Source of the DNA: a virus
Taxonomy: Duplodnaviria > Caudoviricetes
Reading direction: 5' to 3' (one strand)
Length of the DNA: 48,049 bases
Virus record (IMG/VR): IMGVR_UViG_3300037484_000103
Location: 1-48,049 of that record
Shown here: positions 27,154 to 36,037 of the stretch, in pieces
Layout of the letters: each line of letters begins with the position of its first letter
Position numbering within the stretch: position 1 is the stretch's first letter
Notes under the pieces: model-generated
Databases searched by the model: none
What the model saw: the letters and a program-made list of their open reading frames with translations, nothing else
What the model was told of the DNA's origin: nothing
Translations under genes and position numbers: made by a program

Positions 27154-27687
27154 TTACGCCCCTATCAACTCTTCCGGCCAGACCGCCTTCAGTTCCTCCG
27201 GGGTAGACACCGCCTCGATCCTTGGGTCGGCGGGCAAGTCTCGGAGCGCCTGCCGCTGAGCCTCCACGGCGTCCGCATCCTGTTTCTTGCCCTGCCCGGT
27301 GGCCCTCATCCACTCCCCGTCAAGCTGCATTAGCTTCGCGGACCTGGCCGCCCGCAGGTGATCCCGGTGGATTTCCCGGGCGGCGGGCATGTCCACTTCC
27401 AGCCTGCTGCCACGGTCACGCCAAGCCCCCCGGAAGGTGCGGTCTGTCGGCACCTCACCCTCGGTAAGTTTGCGGAAGCCTTTGATTGGAAGCGCCAGAC
27501 CTGCTGTGCGTCCGATTTCATGCTCCAGGTTGGAGGATGTGGGTTCCCGCATCCAGATCGCCGCAGCCTTGTCGGCCCACTTCGCCCCGAATGGCAGCAC
27601 GTCTCCTCTGCCCAGCGTGACGAAACTCATTACGGCGATGGTATCGTCGGCCTGGGTGATTGCTACTTTTACAGTTTCCGGTTTCAT
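27154..27687 (-). CDS. Fibre assembly chaperone-like protein
   Basis: DR.FR.AW; R.AR...L..LD...RQALRDLP...ELK..WP. Confidence 0.65.
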   Translation of the reverse strand: MKPETVKVAITQADDTIAVMSFVTLGRGDVLPFGAKWADKAAAIWMREPTSSNLEHEIGRTAGLALPIKGFRKLTEGEVPTDRTFRGAWRDRGSRLEVDMPAAREIHRDHLRAARSAKLMQLDGEWMRATGQGKKQDADAVEAQRQALRDLPADPRIEAVSTPEELKAVWPEELIGA

Positions 27688-27696
27688 TGTTTCTCC

Positions 27697-28488
27697 TTAC
27701 AACCAGGAGCCGAAGCAGCTCCAGAAATAACTTTGCGGGTCTTGCACCACCATGGTCGTCGTCGTGTGATCGTAGCAGTCAATCCGAAACGAGCCAACGA
27801 GTACGGTCCCGAGTCGAATCGTGCATTCCTCTACACCCGTCGCGGTCAGGGACGTAGCCGACCGCGCGATCTGCGCCACCACCGAATAGTTTGCGTTGTA
27901 GAAGTCCGTTGCGATGTTCACGGTGAGCGCCCCGGTCCCGGTGTCCGTGACGCTCGTCGTGTTGTAGCTCACCGTCAGCGTGCCGGCCCCCGCCGCCTTG
28001 CCCCAGCATTTGCACATCGCCTTGTGGTAGCCCTGGTAGCCGGGAGTCACCACGGTCGCGAGGTCGGTTCCGGCATCCACTTCCCCGGGCCCGGCGATGC
28101 GGATGATCCCCGCCTTTGTGTCGCTGGCGATCCCGATCTGAGAGACCCGCCACCCCCGCCCCGGGCTCCAGGTCAACTCGTTTCCCGCATCCAGTTTCAC
28201 CACCACCAGCTCGCGGATGGTCGTATTATTATTGAACTGCACCGTAACGACCGCCGCCGCGGTATCCTTGTTGTAGATAGTGATGTGCGCGATTGCCCGA
28301 TAAGTAGACGCTCCCGGCGCGGCCACCATTGTGGCCGCCGTGGTGTTATTGCTCGTCCCGTCCGAGTGTCCAGGCGTGAAAGCCGCAGCGGTAATGTCTG
28401 ACCACTCCACGCTGAAAGGGAGTTGGTTCGCCGCTACCGCGCCCGCGAGGTCGATTTCGAGAGTCTGGTTGGTGGCGGCTAAGATCAT
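27697..28488 (-). CDS. Fibre protein paralogue 2
   Basis: MILAATNQTLEIDL; GII.IA...EV..GTD...VTP; K.W...SYN..S..D.GTG...V.....F..ANY. Confidence 0.7.
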   Translation of the reverse strand: MILAATNQTLEIDLAGAVAANQLPFSVEWSDITAAAFTPGHSDGTSNNTTAATMVAAPGASTYRAIAHITIYNKDTAAAVVTVQFNNNTTIRELVVVKLDAGNELTWSPGRGWRVSQIGIASDTKAGIIRIAGPGEVDAGTDLATVVTPGYQGYHKAMCKCWGKAAGAGTLTVSYNTTSVTDTGTGALTVNIATDFYNANYSVVAQIARSATSLTATGVEECTIRLGTVLVGSFRIDCYDHTTTTMVVQDPQSYFWSCFGSWL

Positions 28489-29279
28489 GCCTGATCTCCG
28501 TAGCACTCCCAGAAGTAGTTGGCCGGGTCCTGAGCAACCATGGTCGTTGCCGTGTGGTCAATAGATTCGATCTCGAAGGCGCTTACCGCTGGGCTGGCAT
28601 TTCGAATCGCGCAAAACTCGACCGTCGCCACGGTCAGCGTGGTGGCCACCCTCTCCACCTGCGCCATGATCGCGTAGTTTGCGCTGGAGAAGTCCGTGGC
28701 GATTGTCACCCCGAGGCGTCCGGTGCCGGTGTCGGAAATACTGGTGATGTTGTAGCTCACCGTGAGCGAGGTTCCCGCACCCACAGCCTTTCCCCAGCAT
28801 TTCGCAGCCGCCGGGTGGTACTGGAGCCTTCCGGGTACTACTGCCCGAACAACGTCCGTGCCCGTTTCCATCTCTGCTTGCGTGGCGATCTCAACGATCC
28901 CCGGCACCGTATCGGTAGCGGCCTGCACCGTGAGCACCTGCCAGCCGGCCTCCGGACTCCAAGTCAAGGATTGTCCCGAAGAAAGTGCGATGACAATCAA
29001 CTCCCGGAGCGTGGCGTTGTTGTTGAACTGGATTGTTACGGTCGCCGAGACCGTATCCTTGTTGTAGACGTTGATATGTTTCACCACCCGATAGGTAGAT
29101 CCGGCGGGCGCCGCCAAGATCGTGACTGCCGTGGTGCCATTACTCGCCGCATCCTGGTGCCCGGGGGTGAACGCGCTCGCCGTGATGTCCGTAAACTCCA
29201 CCGACACTGGCAGGTTGTTGCTTGTTATCGCCCCAGCGAGGTCGATCTCCAGGGTTTGAGTGGTAGCTGCGAGGATCAT
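28485..29279 (-). CDS. Fibre protein paralogue 1
   Basis: MILAATTQTLEIDL; colinear with paralogue 2 over its full length. Confidence 0.7.
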   Translation of the reverse strand: MILAATTQTLEIDLAGAITSNNLPVSVEFTDITASAFTPGHQDAASNGTTAVTILAAPAGSTYRVVKHINVYNKDTVSATVTIQFNNNATLRELIVIALSSGQSLTWSPEAGWQVLTVQAATDTVPGIVEIATQAEMETGTDVVRAVVPGRLQYHPAAAKCWGKAVGAGTSLTVSYNITSISDTGTGRLGVTIATDFSSANYAIMAQVERVATTLTVATVEFCAIRNASPAVSAFEIESIDHTATTMVAQDPANYFWECYGDQA

Positions 29280-29331
29280 ATCTCCATTCCCTTTCTGTTG
29301 AATCCGGCGGCGCCGGCCAGCAGAACCCGCA

Positions 29332-29640
29332 CTATAGCAATACCCGGTTGTATGCGATGACCTTTGATGCTTTCTTTGCCCCGCCCACCGTTCCGGTAGA
29401 CAACTTGATTGCCGTAATCTTCCCACCGCCGAACCATGCACCCCGAGGATATGTAGTCCCGGAAGTAATCATCGAGGAGCCCGTGAATCCCGAAGCGGTA
29501 ATCAACGCGATCTGCGCTCCGGTGGATATGATTTCAAATCCATACCAATCCCCGGCTACGCTGCCACTCGTGGAAGTCAATAGGCGCGAGTCTACATTCT
29601 TACTGATTTGCTTATATCCGGCCCTGTCCCCACCATCCAT
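29332..29640 (-). CDS. Small S/T/G-rich virion protein
   Basis: GGAG RBS; G..TAI.L..G..IAY pattern of small head-associated proteins. Confidence 0.6.
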   Translation of the reverse strand: MDGGDRAGYKQISKNVDSRLLTSTSGSVAGDWYGFEIISTGAQIALITASGFTGSSMITSGTTYPRGAWFGGGKITAIKLSTGTVGGAKKASKVIAYNRVLL

Positions 29641-29650
29641 ATGATTCTCC

Positions 29651-30484
29651 TTATTTCAATTCCCCACGTTGGAATTTCCGTAGCCAAAATTCGTCTTCGG
29701 AAATGCCGCCTTCATTCTTTGCCTTTTGCAGCTCCCATTTTTTCACTTCCGCGATGGATTGATTCACGCCGCCCTGAAGCGCGGTAATGCGTTGCCGGAA
29801 ATCCCAGCAAATCGGGTTGTAGTTCTCATATCCATATAGGCCCGCAGCCATCAGAAGCGCACCGCCCGCAGAAGGTTCCACGTCCATCCCCGCGCCCTCC
29901 ATGCGACCTATCCAGTACTCGCAGCACGGACGCTGCTCCCCGTATTCCTCTCCGGCGCTCATGTGAACCCCGAACATCGCTACATGCTTCGGATTGTTAG
30001 TCATAATGAATGAGTGATAGGCCAAGGCCAGCATGTAGGCGATAGAGTTTGTGAAGTACTTCCGGTACTGTTGCACAATCTCTATCGGGTAACGAATCGA
30101 GGTCGGAAACTCCTGAAATATCTGGTGCATGTAAATTGGCACCTTGGCTTCCGATAATCGTTTGGCCACATTCGGGTCTTTCTTCCAGTATCCCTCCGCG
30201 TGCATTTCAAACTGTAGGTCAAGCCGCTTCACATCGGGATAAGAAGTTGCTACGGACACCCCCCAAATCTCGAAGTTCTTATCCTCATATGGAGCTGCCT
30301 GGCGCGTGGGGTCCGCTGTCCCGATAATCGCAAGCAAATCTTTCTTGCAGAAATACGGGACATTCATCCCGCCTTCGGGTTGCCCGGAGGCTATCTCAAT
30401 CAACTCCGAGGTTGACTTCACCGAGGGAACCGCCGGCGCCTCAATATTCTTGACTTTCTTCTGAACCTTCTTTTTCGCAGCCAT
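29651..30484 (-). CDS. Putative sialyltransferase-fold (GT42 Cst-II/Maf-like) glycosyltransferase, paralogue 1
   Basis: AIIGTA...APY; FE.H; YFTNSIAYMLALA...AMFGVHM; EEY.EQRP..EYWIG; clearly homologous to 23995..24675. Confidence 0.6.
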   Translation of the reverse strand: MAAKKKVQKKVKNIEAPAVPSVKSTSELIEIASGQPEGGMNVPYFCKKDLLAIIGTADPTRQAAPYEDKNFEIWGVSVATSYPDVKRLDLQFEMHAEGYWKKDPNVAKRLSEAKVPIYMHQIFQEFPTSIRYPIEIVQQYRKYFTNSIAYMLALAYHSFIMTNNPKHVAMFGVHMSAGEEYGEQRPCCEYWIGRMEGAGMDVEPSAGGALLMAAGLYGYENYNPICWDFRQRITALQGGVNQSIAEVKKWELQKAKNEGGISEDEFWLRKFQRGELK

Positions 30485-30497
30485 GTTGTCCTTTCTT

Positions 30498-30528
30498 CAA
30501 ATAGGGGCGGGCCGCAAAGCCCGCCCCG
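30498..30528 (-). terminator. Stem-loop after the capsid/decoration genes
   Basis: GGGGCGGGC-TTTGCG-GCCCGCCCC followed by a short TATTT. Confidence 0.55.
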
Positions 30529-30539
30529 AATGTGCATCG

Positions 30540-30998
30540 TTACTTAATCAGAATCGGGCAGACGTAAACGTTGCCCGCATCTGCGGCACTCTTCCGCTTG
30601 CAGAACTTGATGTATCCCGCAGAGCTCTTGAACCTTGCGGTTTCAAAGGGCCCGAGGACGGTTAGTTGCGCCTTCCCGCCCGTGCTGGGGAAGGCGGCGT
30701 CCGTGTCTCCGGAGCGAGTAGACTGCACCTGGAGTCTGTGCAACTTGGCGGCACTATAGGGATACGCAAAAGTTGAGCCACTAGCCGCAGAATCGGAAGT
30801 CCCGATATAGAACTTTCCGCAAGTCGCCGTGATCGCAGTGGAGCGGTTATCCATTACCAGCAGAATCAGTTTGCTGCCATCCACGTTATTGGCGTCAATA
30901 TAGACGTTATTCGCACCGCTCGCCAAAGTAGTCCACATCGCCCGCAGAGGGCTAGAAGTGCCGGAGGCGCAAAGGACAGTAGCCTTACCTTGTGCCAT
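30540..30998 (-). CDS. Probable capsid decoration protein, S/T-rich
   Basis: TAATG coupling to the major capsid gene; followed by a hairpin. Confidence 0.6.
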   Translation of the reverse strand: MAQGKATVLCASGTSSPLRAMWTTLASGANNVYIDANNVDGSKLILLVMDNRSTAITATCGKFYIGTSDSAASGSTFAYPYSAAKLHRLQVQSTRSGDTDAAFPSTGGKAQLTVLGPFETARFKSSAGYIKFCKRKSAADAGNVYVCPILIK

Positions 30999-31855
30999 TA
31001 GCTTGCCTCCGCAGTATAATCGGCCCACAGCACGCCGAGATTATTCGGACGAATAACCTTAGCTCCGTAGACCACCAAGCCCTTCACAAGGGTCTTGAAT
31101 CCGATAGTTCCCGAAGATTCCTGCCGTGTCGTAATGACTTGCACCGCAAGACCTATGGAACCCCCAAAACCGCACATGATAGCCGCCCGATCAGTACCCG
31201 AGGCATGGTAGACGTTATTCGACACGAAAATATCGAAGCCATAGAAACTGCGTCCGATATATCCGGCGCCAAGAATACCAGAGTTTTGGGTATCCAAGGT
31301 AATCCCAGCAAGAGTCATTTTCTGCTGGAACCACGGAGGAACCACGATCCATCGTCCCTGCCGAGGAGTATTGGCTTCATCATGTTTCTGCTGCGCCAAC
31401 GAGAGATATTTCAACACGTTGGTGGAAGTAATGTCCACACCAGTAGTAGCGCTGCCACTCACCGCAACGCCCGCCTGAGTATACATGCCGGAAATATACT
31501 CATCGATATTATTCGCCCAACTCCAAGCGGCCTGATCCAGGGCCGCCCCGAGGAGTTTCGGATTCGTCTGCGCATTGTCCTGATCATCCAACCAGAAAGC
31601 ATAATATTTGCTCTGGTTGATGCGAAGCTCTTTCTGCGCATCGTTCAACTGTTGCACGGTCAGCGCACCCGTAGAGGTTGCGCTATATGTATTGACGGTA
31701 ATCGTGCCCAGCTCGTTGATTTTCACAACGTCGCCGTAGCCACGGATTTCACCTTCGTATTCGGTAGTGCATACGTTCCGATACACAAGAGCATCATTCA
31801 GGCGTGCCAGCATCCGTCCACTCCAGATTTCTGGAATGAAATTCTGCACTGCCAT
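30998..31855 (-). CDS. Major capsid protein (P22-coat-like family)
   Basis: NFIPEIWS..L..L; YEGEI...GD.V.I; LD/HD.AN.P..GR..VV.P; KGL.VYGAKV.RP. Confidence 0.9.
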   Translation of the reverse strand: MAVQNFIPEIWSGRMLARLNDALVYRNVCTTEYEGEIRGYGDVVKINELGTITVNTYSATSTGALTVQQLNDAQKELRINQSKYYAFWLDDQDNAQTNPKLLGAALDQAAWSWANNIDEYISGMYTQAGVAVSGSATTGVDITSTNVLKYLSLAQQKHDEANTPRQGRWIVVPPWFQQKMTLAGITLDTQNSGILGAGYIGRSFYGFDIFVSNNVYHASGTDRAAIMCGFGGSIGLAVQVITTRQESSGTIGFKTLVKGLVVYGAKVIRPNNLGVLWADYTAEAS

Positions 31856-31876
31856 TCTTTTGTCTCCTGTTTAGTG

Positions 31877-32518
31877 TTAGCTCTGAGATAACTCTTCGAG
31901 CATGGCATCGGCTTCGGGATTCGTCCCCCGGCCCTTACCACTGTATTGCTCGTAAGTCCATTTCTTCCGCGCTTCTGGACTCATGTTGCGCAAATCTTCA
32001 ACAGTGGTGTTGATTTGCCGGCCGCCGCCTGATTGCGGGCGCGGGCCAACCTTGCGCACATTATCCACCTTATCTCTTTCCTTGACCCATTTGTTTTGCA
32101 GACTCCGGATATCGGTTTCAATCTCTTCTTCCGTCTCCCCGCGTATTCTGTCAATCAGAAAAGCGGGGAAGTTGTCGAACTTAGCAATCACTTTAGTCTT
32201 GAGATTCTCGACCTGTAATCTTTTCAATTCCAGTGTCTCGGCTGTTCTCTGGGCATTCCAAGAGGCTTCTTTTTCGTCAAGTTCCTTCTGCCTGAGTTCA
32301 AGCAGCTGGTCCTTGCTTAGCGTGGTCTTCTCTAATTCCTTTTTGGCATTCATCAATTCAGTAATTTTAGCATCCTTGCCAGCCGAAGCCTTGCGCTCTG
32401 TATCAAGCGCCGTTTCCAGTTTTCTGAGTCTTTCTTCAACGTTTGCTCCCCCCGTACCCGGTTCCTCTGGGTCGGGGACAGCCGCCGCTGCCGCCACGGG
32501 CGGTAGTTTGTCTGCCAT
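31877..32518 (-). CDS. Capsid scaffolding protein
   Basis: Coiled coil; I.GETEEEI; directly upstream of the capsid gene. Confidence 0.75.
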   Translation of the reverse strand: MADKLPPVAAAAAVPDPEEPGTGGANVEERLRKLETALDTERKASAGKDAKITELMNAKKELEKTTLSKDQLLELRQKELDEKEASWNAQRTAETLELKRLQVENLKTKVIAKFDNFPAFLIDRIRGETEEEIETDIRSLQNKWVKERDKVDNVRKVGPRPQSGGGRQINTTVEDLRNMSPEARKKWTYEQYSGKGRGTNPEADAMLEELSQS

Positions 32519-32727
32519 ATTCCACCTTCTCCGTTCTTATATTAGTCGGGCCTCTATGAGTCCCGCCTTTGAGTTACCAGTATTTCGATCCTTGCCGGTG
32601 CATGGCCAGCCCGCGAAGCGGACCGCCGCCCGTGCTAAGGTCATACGCCCGACCGATTTCCTTCACCTCGTCATTATCTGCGGTGCTCCCCCGCGTGTAC
32701 TTGCGGGCAGAGTGCGCCAGCAGATAC

Positions 32728-32955
32728 CTAATCCGCTGCTTTTTCTGCATTATCCGCTCCTTCTGGCATTTTCATTTCCTTGAGGATTTCATGCATCCTC
32801 TGCACCATCCAGTTGTATTCCCCGATGTCTGGCTCTTTGCCCTTGTCAATGAAATCCCGCTCATGTTCCGTGTTCAGGGCGGAGATAACCCGTTTGGAAA
32901 ACTTGCCGTTGATCCACTCCATGAGAAAATCGTGAATGCTCTTTACTTCTGCCAT
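32728..32955 (-). CDS. Hypothetical protein
   Basis: GAGGAG RBS. Confidence 0.5.
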   Translation of the reverse strand: MAEVKSIHDFLMEWINGKFSKRVISALNTEHERDFIDKGKEPDIGEYNWMVQRMHEILKEMKMPEGADNAEKAAD

Positions 32956-32967
32956 AAACTCCTCTTC

Positions 32968-33105
32968 CTATTTTTTCCGGCGTTTCCCGCCGCTGCGATA
33001 TCCATGAGCATAAGCTGCCCGGGCAACACGCGCCGCTTTCTTGCGCGTCTTAAACGGGCCCTTGCTGCCCCACTTGTAGCCGCCCTTCACCTTGCGGATC
33101 GGCAT
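32968..33105 (-). CDS. Small very basic phage protein (45 aa)
   Basis: Read by eye: MPIRKVKGGYKWGSKGPFKTRKKAARVARAAYAHGYRSGGKRRKK. Confidence 0.7.
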   Translation of the reverse strand: MPIRKVKGGYKWGSKGPFKTRKKAARVARAAYAHGYRSGGKRRKK

Positions 33106-34037
33106 TACTTCACGTCCTGCGTCTGCGCCCATTCCTCGTAAGTCTGGTAGGGCGTGATCTGGTTACGCCCCTCGGCGTCCCGCGATATCCGAAACTGCGG
33201 CTCGAAGCCTTCGACCTGGCCGACAAGCCTACATCGGCAATTTATTACTTCCTCCGGCGGACCCTCTATCCCGGGCCCGCTTACCAGGCCCCAGGGCGTA
33301 TGAAACATGCCGTTCTCATCCGCAACTTCACCGTCCATCGCGGCATGTGTTTCACGGGTACGGTCATCCAGGGTTGCATCCCAAATCTGTTGTACTTCGA
33401 TGCCCATTTCTGCCGCACGGTCATAAGCAGCTTTCTGCGCTTCTACGGATAAGCGATGGGCCTCGGTATGTGCAATCCGCTCCGCTTCCCACTTCTTTTT
33501 ATCGACTACTGCCGCTACGCGTTGCGCCATCTTCGGATAGCTTTCGCCCTGGACCATGCCCTGTACGATGGACCGCTCGATATCTGTTAGGGCTCCGGCC
33601 TTGGCCCGTGTCCATATCTGATTCAACGTCAGGCCGCTGTACGGCTTCTGTATCGCTATCTTTATCAGGTCGGGTGGCAGCAGGCCCCAGCGGCCCTCTA
33701 CCTTCGCCCCCTCCATGATCTGCCAGCCCATCCGGAAGTAGCTCGCGTGATAAGCTTCTTCGGCCAGCTTCTTTACGATATGGCCATTCGTGCGGAATGT
33801 CTCCTGGAAGTCCCGTACCAAGTCCGCGTGGAGCGCCTGAAGGCGGTTGTACTTCGTCATCTCCGCATAGGTCAGGCTGCCCTCTTTGGCGTACTTCTCA
33901 TACAGGCGCCAAAGTTTCAGCTTTGTTACCTCCAGCGCCTTGTTATAGTTACGCCGCAGCTCGCGCACCGCTCCCGCAGACATTGCCGCAACAGGGGCGA
34001 GTGCTTCATCGACCTGCGGCGGTTTCTTCCTCACCAA
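33105..34037 (-). CDS. Minor head protein (SPP1 gp7 / Mu gpF-like)
   Basis: AERIA.TE; W.ATLD.RTR.TH..MDG; INCRC. Confidence 0.9.
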   Translation of the reverse strand: MVRKKPPQVDEALAPVAAMSAGAVRELRRNYNKALEVTKLKLWRLYEKYAKEGSLTYAEMTKYNRLQALHADLVRDFQETFRTNGHIVKKLAEEAYHASYFRMGWQIMEGAKVEGRWGLLPPDLIKIAIQKPYSGLTLNQIWTRAKAGALTDIERSIVQGMVQGESYPKMAQRVAAVVDKKKWEAERIAHTEAHRLSVEAQKAAYDRAAEMGIEVQQIWDATLDDRTRETHAAMDGEVADENGMFHTPWGLVSGPGIEGPPEEVINCRCRLVGQVEGFEPQFRISRDAEGRNQITPYQTYEEWAQTQDVK

Positions 34038-34246
34038 AGTTCCTTAACTTGGTAATTAACCGACTCAAGAATTTCCTTTGCACAGTATTGACAGATTGCA
34101 GCAGTAATTTCGTTCCCGTCTCCAAATACAGAGCCGAAACCACCAACGAGATGAATCTTTAGAAACTCTTGGATTTCCAAGTCGCCGTTATATTCTTTTT
34201 GGCACCTATCGCAAGTGAGCCGACTGATAATATTCGTATCACTCAC
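34031..34246 (-). CDS. Small Zn-finger insert
   Basis: CDRC...GFGSVFGDG...ICQ.C; lower GC. Confidence 0.6.
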   Translation of the reverse strand: MSDTNIISRLTCDRCQKEYNGDLEIQEFLKIHLVGGFGSVFGDGNEITAAICQYCAKEILESVNYQVKELW

Positions 34247-35658
34247 GTCTCTTTCTCCACCGTTTGTTTCTCGCCCGGCTTCGGGGGCCCCGCCTCCGGC
34301 TCTTCCTCGTCCGGCGGGTTCATCTTCAGGAACTCTTCCACCTTCGCGTCTTGCTCTTTCTTCAGCCGCGCCATCTCTTCCTCGGCATCCGGTACGAAGT
34401 CGGCAAAGTTCTCCAATAGCGTCTGTTCGCTCACGTGCCCGCTGTACTTCACGAACAGATCCGCCAGCAGCATGCTCTTGTCCGGGTCATTACGGTGCAT
34501 CTCGATGTCGATGTCTTGCGGGTCGCCGGCCAGGTTCGCATAGGCTGTCAGCATCTCGATGCGCTGCTTCAGGCCCCGGCGGTAGTTGGCTTCCTTGATG
34601 CCGGTGAACAGCTCCATCAGGTAAATGAATTTGTCGATGGTCTCACCCGACGCCCCGCCGCCCCACTTGTAGTCATCCAGGTTCGGGATGCCCGCGCCCC
34701 GGTGGATCTCGGCCCGTAGCTGGTCGGACATGAACTTGATAAACTCGATTTCAATCGGCTTCGTCAAGAAGGCGAGGTCCGTATCCTTGTCCCCCGACAG
34801 GGATATGGTCCGCGTCTGCTTTAGATTCTGCACGTCCTCTTTCGTCAGCGTGAAGCCCTTGGCGATAAGATAGGCTTGCGCGAAGCGGTCAAACTCGTTC
34901 ATCGAATCAGACATCAGCACATCGTAGGCGTCAATCAGAGGTTGCACCGCAGCGAAGTCGCCCATCAAGTCGTCGTTGTTCTCGTAGACCACCAGCGGCG
35001 GGCGGTCGTAGCCGTGGGGCTGCTCCTTCATCTTGAACAGGCCGTTTTGGTTCTTCCTGCGCTCATAGTCTATCCTCACGTCTTCGTAGTAGACGCAAAT
35101 GTATTCTGTATCTGCCGCCTCGATGGTGTAGAAGCGGATGAAGGCTTGCAACTTCGGCTGGATGGCGAAATCATAGATAGGGATTGTCTCCTCCACCGGC
35201 ACCCGCTCGAATCTCGGCACCGTGCCCTCGAAAGCCGGCTGCGCGTCGATTGCCGTCTCCGTCTCCCCCTCGCCCTCGTTGTAGAATATCTCGTAACCTA
35301 CGCCATGCACCGTGCTCTGCCAGCCGATCTGATAGTTTTGCAGCGGCTCCTCGTTCAAATCGAATATCTGCTGGAGGGCCTCCAGATACGGCTGGTCCTC
35401 GCTGCTATAGGTAATCAGGCCCGGCAGAAACATGTAGCTCGTAATCAGGCTCACGATGCGCCGGGCGTAGGGCACGGGCACCTTGTTATTCGGTGCCGTG
35501 GACGGGAGTTTGCGCTCCAGGATCGTCGGGTTGTTGCCCTTGGCATAGGCGTTCTTGAGCAGGACTTCCGGCACCACGTCCTTCTTGTAGTCGTCAACGA
35601 TGGTGAGGATCTCTTTATCGGTGAGCCGCCCGCTAAACTCGTGCCTTAGTTTTTCCAT
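34243..35658 (-). CDS. Portal protein (SPP1-type)
   Basis: NNK....A..IV; P.V.Y.NN....GDF..V..LIDAYD...SD..N; SG. Confidence 0.9.
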   Translation of the reverse strand: MEKLRHEFSGRLTDKEILTIVDDYKKDVVPEVLLKNAYAKGNNPTILERKLPSTAPNNKVPVPYARRIVSLITSYMFLPGLITYSSEDQPYLEALQQIFDLNEEPLQNYQIGWQSTVHGVGYEIFYNEGEGETETAIDAQPAFEGTVPRFERVPVEETIPIYDFAIQPKLQAFIRFYTIEAADTEYICVYYEDVRIDYERRKNQNGLFKMKEQPHGYDRPPLVVYENNDDLMGDFAAVQPLIDAYDVLMSDSMNEFDRFAQAYLIAKGFTLTKEDVQNLKQTRTISLSGDKDTDLAFLTKPIEIEFIKFMSDQLRAEIHRGAGIPNLDDYKWGGGASGETIDKFIYLMELFTGIKEANYRRGLKQRIEMLTAYANLAGDPQDIDIEMHRNDPDKSMLLADLFVKYSGHVSEQTLLENFADFVPDAEEEMARLKKEQDAKVEEFLKMNPPDEEEPEAGPPKPGEKQTVEKET

Positions 35659-35664
35659 GAGATT

Positions 35665-35898
35665 TTACTTACTTCGAAATATTTCCAGGGCTCTATTCTC
35701 AATCCATTCCTGTTGCTTGGGAATACCATCCTTCCCGGCATATTTCGTATTCCATTCAGAAATAGCATTTTCCACGGCTTTCTTTATACGATATTCTCTT
35801 ACTAAAGCGCTAATCACTATCTGCGATTCCATCGAATAATCAATTTCCATGCTCTCTCCTATCAATTTTTCCATCTCGGCTGAATTGGTTTTGCCCAC
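35665..35898 (-). CDS. Hypothetical low-GC insert
   Basis: AT-rich ORF between terminase and portal. Confidence 0.45.
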   Translation of the reverse strand: MGKTNSAEMEKLIGESMEIDYSMESQIVISALVREYRIKKAVENAISEWNTKYAGKDGIPKQQEWIENRALEIFRSK

Positions 35899-36037
35899 AT
35901 CATCTTGTCTTCCTCCGGCGTGAAGTCCCGCATCCGCGCTATGTCCGCAAGGTACTGCTGCCGGGTGAACTCGTCGTCTGGCAGGGCCGGCGCCGGCTGC
36001 TTCGGACCCTGCTTGAGTAGCCCTGATATGTCACGGC

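Noticed and set aside
27697-29279. Tandem fibre paralogues as a DGR template/variable repeat pair
   Set aside because: No reverse transcriptase in the genome; differences are spread throughout and not adenine-specific
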